NCBI GenBank assembly: GCA_051362555.1 | Contig: CM120640.1 | Location: forward strand, 45,672,788-45,736,787 | DNA: 64,000 bases | Direction: 5' to 3' | Source of the DNA: Lingula anatina | Lineage: Eukaryota; Animalia; Brachiopoda | Part shown: positions 43,153 to 54,026 of the stretch, one piece after another | Numbering within the stretch: the stretch's first letter is position 1 | Layout: the number at the start of each line of letters is the position of its first letter | The notes under the pieces: generated by a model | The model's input: only the letters and a program-made list of their open reading frames with translations | What the model was told of the DNA's origin: nothing | The model's database searches: none | Program-made: the position numbers and the translations under genes

Positions 43153-44338
43153 ATGGATACACCCAGTGAAACAAACGCCGACAATGAATGCGATTCACTA
43201 AATAGTGAAAACGAGCTCTTTAGAGATTTAGGAGATGTTATTGAGGCAATAGAAGAACCATTAAAAAAGAGGGACTTATGCAAAAAGTGTTGGTAAGCAG
43301 TATTATGTTCACAAACACCAGTGATTCTTTGACGTGAACAAAGGCAGAAGACTGAAGTCTCGTGCGTCGTGGAGCAGCTTTTTACCAGCTCGGTCTTACT
43401 CTGTTTCTAGCACGAAATTCATGCGTTAGCGCTTCTATATACGGTTTTTGATAATGGTGCTCACGCATGAAAGCAAAGGCCCCACAAAAACTTTAAAATG
43501 ACGACTAATTTGCATCCAGCTCTCAAATCTTAATCTTAACGCTTATCTCCTCAACTCGCCTTGAATTCAGCAGAAGGAGGTAAGATACTACTAGTAGTTA
43601 TGCCGCCGTCACGCCGTGAAAACCTACACCCATTGAAGACTTTGATTTTCATGCTTTGCAATTGCAGTTTACAAACGTTTTTGAGAAATCTTCATCAAAA
43701 ATATCATGCACATGTTCAATAAGTACATAACTCAAAACTTGTTTCACTTTTTTGGTAAATAAAGATAATTTTTCCACTTCATGACAGTTAGCTTCATGTG
43801 AAACTTGAAAGGGAAAATAACACTGTCAACTGAGCACTCTCTTCACCCATGCCAAATAGCACACCAAAGACTTCTGAAGTATTTGTGTTCATGCTTTGTT
43901 TAGTAAGCAAAACAGCCAGAAGTAATAAGTGCAAGCTAGGATTTTTGTACTTTGTACTTGAACATTATCATTTGTAAATCCTCCCAAATATTTGGCATTA
44001 TAGTTTTATTCTGTCTAATTTCCTCTGTCATTTGTAATTGGTTCAGATCCATGTCTAATGCAAAGTAGATGCACATAATTTTATGTTGATAGAATTTCCA
44101 GCATGAGTAAATTTTTACATTTGTAATTGTTTTATATTTTTATGAGTTTGCATACATTACGTCAAAAAGTTTTAACCTTTTATATTTTAAGTTCTTATTA
44201 TATATGGTTCAAATGTAGTGATAATGAAACCTCATTTCCTTTTAGCCGTCCAATTACTGTATGTTGGTGCCCATATTTACCATTAGAGCCTCTTAATGTA
44301 AAAACTGCCATCCATATATTCCAACATCCATTTGAGGT

Positions 44339-44416
<78 letters not shown>

Positions 44417-46222
44417 TGATATTGATATAACATAATTGCTATTTCTAAGTTTAAAGGAAATATCTAACAGTTGAGAAAATGAACACAGATTGTGATGATA
44501 GCAATTAAAAATATATATATATATATATATTTTTTTAATTGTTTTAAATGAATGTATGAAAAAGTTTGGTATTTTTCACCAATGAAGTATCAATGTTTTT
44601 ATTTTTCCAGGAGGCCAGAAGTCTGAAAACTGCGCCAATGCTTTATTATGGTCTTGGGCCTAAGAAGTGTCACATACATGTTGGCAAAAAATTTCCAATA
44701 AACAAGTAAGCTGGATCTTTAGTCAATTCAAAATACCAATACACATTAAAATGACAATCCCAATTTGCCATATTTTTATTGGACAGTGAAAGTTTACTTT
44801 TAAAGGAATTGTTTTGTTTAAATCAAAAGTTTTCTATCCATGATTGAAACTGTAATGTCCAGTCTTTTCCCTATGTCTGCACATTCTGCAAAGCTTGTTA
44901 TCTTTCCCAGTTCAGACCTTCTAAAGTGATAAAATCCCTCAAATGAAAGTACTTGGATGTCAATATTACCTTCTGAAATATACTGGAAGAAACTATGTTT
45001 TAATTATTATTATGGGAAACATTCAGAACTGGATTACTTCAATAAAATGGTATAAAAAAGCAATCCCAAGTGTGCAGATTGGTATGAATATCGATATCAC
45101 TATTTTTTTAACTAAAACATGTATTGTTAGATAAATGAGTGTTTGTGGCTTTGTACGTACTGTCTTTTATTTTTAGGTATCCAGAATTAGAACAGGTTAT
45201 TTCCAGCCCAAACACTCTGCTACTTTTCCCTGGACCAAATGCTGTAGATATTAAAGATATAGAACCTAGAGATGGGAGCGTAGCATACAATCTCCTTCTA
45301 ATAGACGGAACATGGACTCAGGCCAAAGGAATGTATAGACACAATGAAATATTTCAAAATTTAAGACAAGTATGTATTTCATTGGTGCCTTGTGTCTTTA
45401 TTAGGTAGACTTTGGATTTATTTCATTATTGGTTCATACTTTCCCCACCTGTCAATTAATTGGATGCTTTAGTAATAAGATATGAGTTAAAGAAAAGCAA
45501 TTCTTTTAAGAAAGGTTTTTTCTTTTATATATGAAAAAATCCTAACATTGACCCCCCCCCCCCCCCCCATGATAGTCAGTTTTGACCACTCCAGTTGCAT
45601 ATTTTCACTTTTTTTTTTTTTTTTTCAGATATAGATTTCACAACTTGAACAACATTATTTAAGTAGTTATACATATTTCCTTTGCAGGTTCAACTTAGTG
45701 AAACTGGAGTCAGTGAATATGTGATACGAACACAGCCCACAGATGGAAGCCTTTCAACACTAGAAACTGCTGCCGTGACAATCTCCATATTAGAGGGAAG
45801 ACCAGAAATTAAAGAGGTATTTGGTGCTGTCTCTCTCTCTCATGTAGACCTTTAGCTTTGATTACAGTTAGCATATCAATTCTTCAAAAATTTATGCCAG
45901 CATACTGAAGAAGGCAATAGAATTTGCTGACTGCAAACTAACAAAGTGTTACATTTTCACTGCCTTTGTTTTGAGAATTTTCATTGTATTAATTTATTTA
46001 TTCAAGCAAAATGCTAATTTTCCTTTTTTTCCTTTTTTGTCAAATCAATTTCAGATTTTGGTGAGACCTCTCAAAGCATTGTGTGATTTTCAACTCCAGT
46101 GTGGAGCAGCAAAACATCACAGTAAACAATATCTTATAGAAAATGGACTATATACAAAGAAACTTCCGAAAAAGTTTTATAAAAAGCAGGCCAAAAACCT
46201 AACATGTGAAGATGATTCATGA
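43153..46222 (+). CDS. DTWD2: tRNA-uridine aminocarboxypropyltransferase 2 (DTW domain protein 2), 6 exons, 271 aa
   Basis: Exons 43153-43292, 44246-44336, 44611-44705, 45177-45369, 45688-45816 and 46055-46222 total 816 nt in frame. Motifs CKKCCRPITVCWCPYLP, QHPFE, LLFPGP, LIDGTWTQAK (DTW motif), EYVIRTQP..LSTLETAA and LVRPLKALCDFQLQCGA..SKQYLIENGLY are typical of DTWD2. Confidence 0.96.
44341..44414. repeat. (GT)n microsatellite abutting the DTWD2 exon-2 donor
   Basis: About 37 GT units starting within gtaagt. Confidence 0.95.
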
Positions 46223-46350
46223 CAACATTGCTCAACATTTAGTGTATTTATCCGCATTATATGTTTCTTTATTAAGACAATACTTTTAACAATTTTACTG
46301 AAAGTAGTATAATTTTGTGAAAGTATTGTTGGGTGTATGTGTTTGTGTGT

Positions 46351-46381
<31 letters not shown>

Positions 46382-46779
46382 CATGTAATCAAACAGTGAT
46401 ATTTTCCAAGATACTGGTATTTTATTTTCAATGGCCTTCTTTATTTAAAAAATATAGCAAAAGCAGATGTCTGTAAACTTGATCTTTGGATATAGCTATA
46501 GAAATTTGCTTATCATCCTTATTGTCCAGTGGTAGACTCAAATGTCCATCATCACCGTACATTTCAGTTGACAAAGGTATGATAGTTCCATAAGTGCATA
46601 ATCCAATTAAATGGCCTAACGATTAAAACTAATCATTGGTTGCTGTCGACCAATTTTTTCTGGAATAGGAAAGGAAGGAGCTGGAAAATTATGCTTTTAC
46701 CAAAGCCTGTGGGTAAAACTGCCAAAGTATCCTGTCCATCTTATAAAGATTTCAATGTATGGATCTGCTTGTCCTTCAG

Positions 46780-47112
46780 ATCACCTCTTGTTCAATTCAG
46801 TAACTGATGATCATTGTCCAGTGAAAGTATTGTTTTCCTTTTTTTTCTTGTATGGTATTGCATATTACCATCTCTTGTTCATTTTAATAACTGGTATCAT
46901 TGTCCAGGAAAAAAATCTTTTCCATTGTTTTTTTTTTGTGTGGTAGTGCATATCACCACTTCTTGTTCAATTCCATAACTGGTAATCATTGTCCAGTGAA
47001 AGTATTGTTTTACATTTTTTTTTCTTGTGTGGTATTGCATATTACCATCTCTTGTAAGCATGTTCATTTTAATAAGTGGTATCATTGTCCAGGAAAAAAA
47101 TCTTTCCCATTG

Positions 47113-47143
<31 letters not shown>

Positions 47144-47390
47144 GTATTGCATATTACCACCTCTTGTTCATTGTTTTATGAGTATTCAAGTATTGTTTTA
47201 CATTTTTTTTTCTTGTGTGGTATTGCATATTACCATCTCTTGTACGCATGTTCATTTTAATAAGTGGTATCATTGTCCAGGAAAAAAATCTTTCCCATTG
47301 TTTTTTTTTTTTTTTTTTTTTTTTTTTTTGTGTTATTGCATATTACCACCTCTTGTTCATTTCAATAACTCTTAATCATTGTCCAGTGAT
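46780..47390. repeat. Minisatellite of ~60-100-bp units with variable poly-T tracts
   Basis: Recurrent tggtattgcatattacca(t/c)ctcttg ... tcattgtccag ... poly-T; about 7 units with alternating sub-variants. Confidence 0.9.
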
Positions 47391-47479
47391 TATTGTTGTA
47401 ATCATTTTCCATTCCGAACCAAGCTTGTGCTCACAATTTCAGGTAAATTTCTATGATAATTGATGGCGTTGGTCATTTT

Positions 47480-48034
47480 TTACAACAAGTTTCTTGCTTT
47501 CTGCAGACAGAGAACAAGCTGGATCAAGCCCTTTTCCTCAATTTGGCCGTTTTGATACAATTTTAAAATGTGTGTTTGTAGCATGGTGAGAGTTTTGTCT
47601 ATCGGAGTGGTGAAAGTAGATCTGTCGATAGCAATGAGTAGGGTCCATTCAACTGCCTGGATTCTCATTGATTCACGTCCCGTTATTAGCAGTCCGTCTG
47701 ATAACGGTTGGATGTCAGCTGAATATGCCTGTTTGGCAATTACCATTATAAGGAGTGATAGAGTAAAGCTAACTCCATTGCCTGCTCCATTTGGTCTATC
47801 CACTCTCGGGGTTTCCGATGGGTCTTTTCCATCTTTAGGATGAAACGGATCCTTCAAGTCCTGTAGAGAGTGTCTCTCTCTTTTTTCAGCCCATCGGAGG
47901 CCTTGTCTCTCTGCCTCCATCTGTCTCTGCTTTGTCAGACTGTGGATATTCTCGATGAGCATATGAAACTGATCCTGAGACATGTTTCTTCTGTTATTTC
48001 TTTTTCCGTGTCCACTAAGCCCAGGTCCTGGCAA
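47480..48034 (-). pseudogene. Truncated env/fusion-glycoprotein-like ORF fragment (retroelement or viral origin?)
   Basis: A signal-peptide-like FTLSLLIMVIAKQAYSA is followed by DIQPLSDGLLITGRESMRIQAVEWTLLIAID, which resembles the N-terminus of gypsy-env/baculovirus-F-type proteins. The ORF ends before any furin site or TM segment. Similarity judged by eye only. Confidence 0.4.
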
Positions 48035-48118
48035 GCTAAGCCACTGTAAAGTTTGTGCCTTTACTTTGTAATGTTCTTGGATAACGCGATATAATTTTAG
48101 TTGGTTTGGCCATCATAA

Positions 48119-48207
48119 TAGCAACAAGGTATATTTTAGATAGAAACATGGTGCTTTTCTGGGCCTATCACCAGACAACAAAAAGAGGAAAAGTCAGTTT
48201 TTGCGCT
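48119..48207. repeat. ~89-bp direct repeat, copy 1 (copy 2 at 58547-58635)
   Basis: tagcaacaaggtatattttagatagaaacatggtgcttttctgggcctatcaccagacaacaaaaagaggaaaagtcagttt; the core of about 48 bp has 1 mismatch to copy 2. Confidence 0.9.
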
Positions 48208-49249
48208 TTCTATGGCAGCGTACAGTGCTTCTTCAAAATTGAAGACAGCTGCTGTTGGTCAAAGGGGATGTCCAATTATTCGTTGCATGCATTTGCTGCA
48301 GTTATCACTGTACAAAAAGACCTTTTATCACCTTTCAGTTACTTCCAAAATGTTATCAGAATATGAACCCTCATCTTTGATCACACCTTTTTTCTGACCT
48401 TCTTTCACCTTTCAGACTGAAAAAGGTCACCTTTTTTCAACCTTTATCTCACCAAAAGACCGCCATTCACTTTTTCATGAACTTTCATTTGCCAAAAGTT
48501 CAACCTTTTCACCTTTTATAGTGCAAAAGACCACCATATCGTTCAAGTTTTGTTTACTGAAAGATTGGCATTTGCATTTTGTTTAGAGAATCTTTCATTC
48601 TCTAAAAGTTTATAACCGACATTTAACTCTTGATAAGATCATCATGTTCTATGACTTTATTCCAAAATTCAAAGATCTACAAACAAACTAAATAGACATA
48701 GATACAACCTCTGCTTGAAGAAAAAACTCATTTTGAAATAGCAATAACTTTAAGAAAGCTAAAATCCTGCCTGTATTTTCAAAATTACAATTGCAAAGTC
48801 AAAGTTGCAAAATTAAAAGAAGTGATACCCAAAATCTACCACTCTTCCTCCTATCTGAATATAAAAGAATTCTACAAAAGCGTTTTTAAAAAATTGCACA
48901 GTAATGGACAGGGCACACTTTACCACTTACATAGATATTTTATTTGTTGATGTCTTCTCCATCACATTCTCTGATTATATGCTATAATTCCAACTATCTA
49001 CATACAAACAAAAATTACAATGATCAAACCACTGCCCACAAAAAATGCTGAAAATGCAATGACCAAAGAAAGCTACAATTTTGCCCTCCTTTACACGTTT
49101 GAGAAACAATGATATTTAAACTGCAAACACTGACCTTGCATTTAAAAGTGAGTGAACACACCTTGTATCTGAGGTTATTATGTAACATGACAAAATATAT
49201 GTATATCTCCTATTTGTGCTAAAACAGTTTCATTTTATTTTTTAAGAGT

Positions 49250-49800
49250 GCCTCTCAAACTTTTTTCACCTTTTCTTGAAACTTGTTTTGAAAATAACAT
49301 GTCTAATTGCTTCTTCCATGATCGGGAAAAGAATTGCCCTTGATGGTAACATACTTTTGCATTGTACATTTGAATAAATAAAAACTTGTCCCATCACTTT
49401 CTATCTGAGACGCTATTGAGCACCATGCTCTCTTAATTGTCTCACTAGCCAACAACTTTTGAAAAATGGCATTGGCAATTGCTTCTCCCTGATACAATTT
49501 CAGTAAATCCCTATTAAATATGGACCTGACCACAAGTTCTACTTGCCGAAAAAAAAGGTACACTTGATCACTCACTAAGAACAGTCCCCCTCTGTTCAAC
49601 TGATCAATCCATGCTCTAGTGGGCTCCAGTGATGCACATGGGTTTGATGCGGTATTCCACAATGACATAACCTGTGCGAACGTTTTGTGTATTTTACCAC
49701 TGTCTTGGGCAAACTGTCTGAGCAAGGCATAAGGCACATATACTGGCTCACATACCTCAGGGTTTCCTCTTCTTTGTCAGTCAATGAATACGTAATTTTG
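49250..49800 (-). pseudogene. Frameshifted transposon-associated ORF resembling the P-element/THAP9 transposase C-terminal region
   Basis: EEETLRYVS/xYVPYALLR ... WIDQLNRGGLFLVSDQVYLFFRQVE ... KYVTIKG resembles the YIAGY...RGGL..PS...Y..IR pattern. There is a frameshift near 49740. Confidence 0.55.
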
Positions 49801-50619
49801 CAGTGTAGGATGTGACAGTTGCACTCTCTCTCTCTCTTTCAACCATGCAGTGCTGAAACACTATGCTGAGAAGTTTTTGAAATAAGAGGCGATCATCAGT
49901 ACAGGAGAGCCCCAATTCTTGTGCTAAATGTCTGAAATCATGAAACACTTAAGGATACGCACGTAAATTATAGGAAAATACAAAATTAAAAGATTGACAT
50001 GCTCACTTCTTATCCTGTCTCTTTATCTCTTCATTTTTCTTTCTAATTTTCCAAAAAATGTCTTCTTTTCAATCCAGAAATCAATGTTTTCAGATTTCTT
50101 GCCTCTTAGAACATTCCTGACTTAGCTTCTGGCTTAGATTTTTGAAACAGCTCAACAGTTATGTACTAGCTGCTGCTTAAACTGTGCTATGTATAGTTAT
50201 TTGACCCGATTCAGCAAGCTGTAGACAAACTGTTTATTTCAAACTGTCAGTTAAGATACTTAAACATGTCCCTTGAAATGAATTTGGTCTATTGAAATTT
50301 ACCATTTTATTTTAATCACAAATCCGACTTAAATTGATGCTATCTATGAGGTTTTAAATTTTATATATTATGCAATTGTATATTATCATAAGACTTCAAT
50401 CATTTGTCTGATTTCAATAATAATAATAGCAATAATAATAAATATAATATTTTCTCAGCATTATTAAAAATCATCCAGAAAATAAAAGGAATTTTGTCAA
50501 GCATGAAACTACAGATTATAACAGTGTTAAAGATCCAAATTGCATTGGTCTACCACTTACTAATTATTAAAGACATTATACTTTATTATACTGAATGACA
50601 CATATAAATAAAACTAACC

Positions 50620-53600
50620 TAATACAGTTTTTAACTGCATAACACAATGCCCATATGTGAAAATTGTCTTTTTCATCCTTGCAATGATGTCTTCTTTTTG
50701 TCTCTTACTGTACATTATCCCACACCAGGGCATAGCCTTTAACTGGTAAAATCAATTTCTATATAAATATAAAAATAAAAAATATGAAAATATATCAAAT
50801 ATTGTTAAATATGACATATTAACACATGCTTGCGCGTGCACGTGCAATAATGATATCTACATCTTATTTATTTCACACTAATTACACGTTAAACATATTT
50901 CATTTACTTATAATCTGGCTATTCTTTTTGTGGTTCTTTAATTGTCCTTCTATGTTATTTAGTACCTTCATCTTCATCTCCATCTATTTCTTCTTCAATG
51001 TCATCCATGCTGCTCATACTCATACATGTATTGGAATCGGTGACATATACTATTAAAGGAAAAATGTATTTTATGCATATTATTTATTTCCTCTTTATTT
51101 CAAGAAGACAGGAACTTCATCATACTTTATAATAGATATCCATTATTTTGTCGGTCTTTGTAACATGATAAAGGCCAGACAACACTTGGACTATTATCAG
51201 GATCACTAAACTTTTACCATTTTCATTTTCACCATTCTCAGAAGTAGACACAGACACCTCATCTGAATATAGTGCTGGATCATCATCCTCTTGCTAAGAA
51301 ATAAATGGTTAATTAAATAATGAAAGTTATTAAATGATTATTAGTGGTAATTAATTGTAACTGACACAATGCAGGGGGCGGATACAAGACACATGGCATG
51401 GGGTTTGGGGCCTGCTGAAAGTCCACCTAAATATTTTGGTATTTTAGAGGGCGACCGGTGTCATTTGGTACGGTTTGGAACTATTATTCAACTACTCAAA
51501 ATTGTCATTTCAAAAAGGGACCATAAATTGGACCTCCCCCCCTAAATCTGCCACTGCTCATGGATATCGCTTATATTTAGACATTATTTTTTAATATCAT
51601 AAGTACAAAATATATCGTATTCTCTTCATAAAACATGAAGCAATTAAATTGTATGTTAAATTATGCTAACCCAAAAGTCAACTGTAGCCTGTGGCAGGTG
51701 TGTATTCTTCATCTAAGAGTGCATTCCCTTTTTCTGCTACATATTTCTAAAATATTTAAAAAAACAATAAAAAGTAAGTAAAAATTGGTAGTATTTGCGT
51801 ATGCAAAATGATTGAGTGAATGTTGGTATTTAATATTGCATAACATCTTTTATAAATATTTATAAATTTAAGTTAAGAAGTAAGATAAAACAGTTTCTTT
51901 TCAATGTCTTAACAACTGTAAAAAATATTTACGTTTACTTCTTCCTGCCACTGTAACATTTTCATTTTTTGTGCTTGTACTAATGTGTCACATAACCTGA
52001 GAACGCTTGATTTGCTTGAGCTGAGTCCCAAGTTATTGAAATACCTAAAAAGCTACAAACAAACACGCAAATATGAGTTAATAACTGTTCATCATAAATT
52101 TTATTTATCAGTTAATTTCTAATATAAAATTATAATGTATTAATATACATATTTAGAATATTACAAAGGAAATCAACATTTAATCAGGTGGAGATGTACA
52201 TAGATTACTATAATGTGTGTACGCCTTTTCAAAACATTTAATTTGGAAAAAACCCTAATTTTATTTATGTGAAAACAAAAAGACAAATATTTTAAATTTT
52301 GTTGGAGGGCATTTTATATTGTTGAACATTAAATTGCAATCATCCTTTGGGAGCACCTTGATCTCCACATTTCTATGCTCATAAAAGTTTGTAAAAATTT
52401 ATGGCAACTTGGGTGACGGCTATTTTTCAAAATGGCACAGGTCATTCCAACTTGGCATTTTTGCTTCTGTGTAATCGCTCTATTAAAAACATGAATAAAA
52501 GTATTTAAATAATAAAAATTAGAATAAAAATTATGTTAGTGAAAAATTATAAAAATAAAGAAAATTTTGATGTGATAGATAGATGGATAATATTTTAGAG
52601 GATTTTACATACTCTTTTTTTTTTGTTTATTTCTGCTGCCTCAAGTCTCCAAAAGGGCAAAAGTAAGTGGCATGGCTTTTTAAATTTTTGACATGTATTT
52701 AACCCACTCAAATTTGTTAGCATTGTCAATAGTAAATTTGTCATCTTTTTGCTTGTCCATTTGTGTAGTTTCTTTTCTGATAATTTTATTAAATAATTTA
52801 AAAATAGATTTTCTTGCAGGCAAACTTTCCTCATATAAAATACTGCACAGGCTATTGTAATGGCTCTGTTGTATAGCTGCCACGTCTCTCTCTGTAAAAG
52901 AGTTCCCATCGCTGGTTACTGCCTGAAATTTGCAATGAATAATAAAACTATTAATGATGTATTTGACACAAGTGTACTGCTTGGTGGCAATATCTTAAAT
53001 GGAATTAAGAATAACATCAAAACATTTGAATTAAATACCAACATATGTGTTCTTTTCCTTGATCTAGATCTGCTGGTGTGTAGGCTCCTTTTGCTCATGA
53101 TGTCCCTTTTGATGATTGATGCTGTACGTTTTTATAGTAGGATTTTAGTCGCTGTACCCTCTTTCGCAGACTTATGTAATTTTTGCTTAAAAACCTTTTC
53201 CATGCATAAACTTTTAAATGTAATATATCTATGATTAGGTTATTTATTACATCTCTTAGCATATTAATTGAAGAAAACACGTATATAAGAATGAACCTGC
53301 GAATTGCATATGTGAGTAGGTGAAATATTGTTCCGTTTTCGGAACATTGGTCAGGGGTCCAAATACCATTTGCTTACATACCACAAGGTGCAATGGAGGA
53401 CTCACAGAGATTGTCAGAATATGGATATTTCCAGGTATTAAGTGTCTCAAGGTTTTTGTGCATACTGCTATGAGGTCTTACCAGCGGTAAGGGTACCTTG
53501 AGCTTGTAAGGCCGAAAACTGAGGCAATGTGCTGGCATGTCATTTTCATGAGCCACAGGTGGGACATTTTCTTTCTCCACTTCTCCTTGATGATTTATCA

Positions 53601-53800
53601 CTGGGGTGTGCAGTAGAAAGCCATCTTCCACCGACTGAAAAAACTCATGGCTACCTTCCTCGGTCATCACCTCATTCTATGACATCATACTCTGCCAGCA
53701 TATCGTCCAAATCATCACCTGTGAAAAAATCATCACTGTACTGCACGATTTTTGAAACAACTGATCTCGAAATCTACAATCGGCAATCCTCGGCTGACTC
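50620..53800 (-). pseudogene. Degenerate intron-containing N-terminal half of a DUF6589-type (Academ/AcademH-like) transposase
   Basis: Spliced remnants: NKFEWVKYMSKI*KAMPLTFALLE..SRNK (~52620-52720); VGMTCAILKNSRHPSCHKFLQTFMSIEMWRSRCSQR (~52340-52480); YFNNLGLSSSKSSVLRLCDTLVQAQKMKMLQWQEEV (~51932-52044); acidic exons (~50965-51295); GYALVWDNVQ*ETKRRH...WALCYAVKN (~50625-50758, putative first catalytic Asp). Stops and frameshifts are present. Confidence 0.6.
51372..51556. mobile_element. hAT-like MITE remnant inside an intron of the transposase pseudogene
   Basis: Ends CAGGGGGCGGAT... and ...ATCTGCCACTG (imperfect TIR of the common CAGTGGCGGAT type), GC-rich against the flanks. No clear 8-bp TSD. 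Confidence 0.5.
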
Positions 53801-54026
53801 CGCTATACTTCATACAAATTTTTTGCCAATACCCTTACAAATTTATATAGTTTTTTTTTATCATTTGATACATGCAGGACATATAAATGAAACACTATGC
53901 AAATAAACTTTCCACTTTACTTATATGTGAACATATACATATCTAGAAGACGTATTTACATGTACAAGTATAATGTACCAGTAAACAAGTGCAAAACAAT
54001 TAAACAGTTAAGTACGTATATGCTGA

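Noticed and set aside
43319-43356. Possible C/D-box snoRNA (gtgatt...ctga) in DTWD2 intron 1
   Set aside because: Poor C box, too short, and no terminal stem.
46755-47463. Phe-rich ORFs and CRISPR-like regularity in the repeat array
   Set aside because: The ORFs come from poly-T. The inter-repeat sequences are themselves repeated rather than unique spacers, the context is eukaryotic, and there are no cas genes.
52800-52900. IQQSHYNS/CAVF resembling a Ulp1 protease Q..D...CG motif
   Set aside because: It needs a frameshift and has no upstream HW motif. The continuous frame fits the DUF6589 N-terminal region better.
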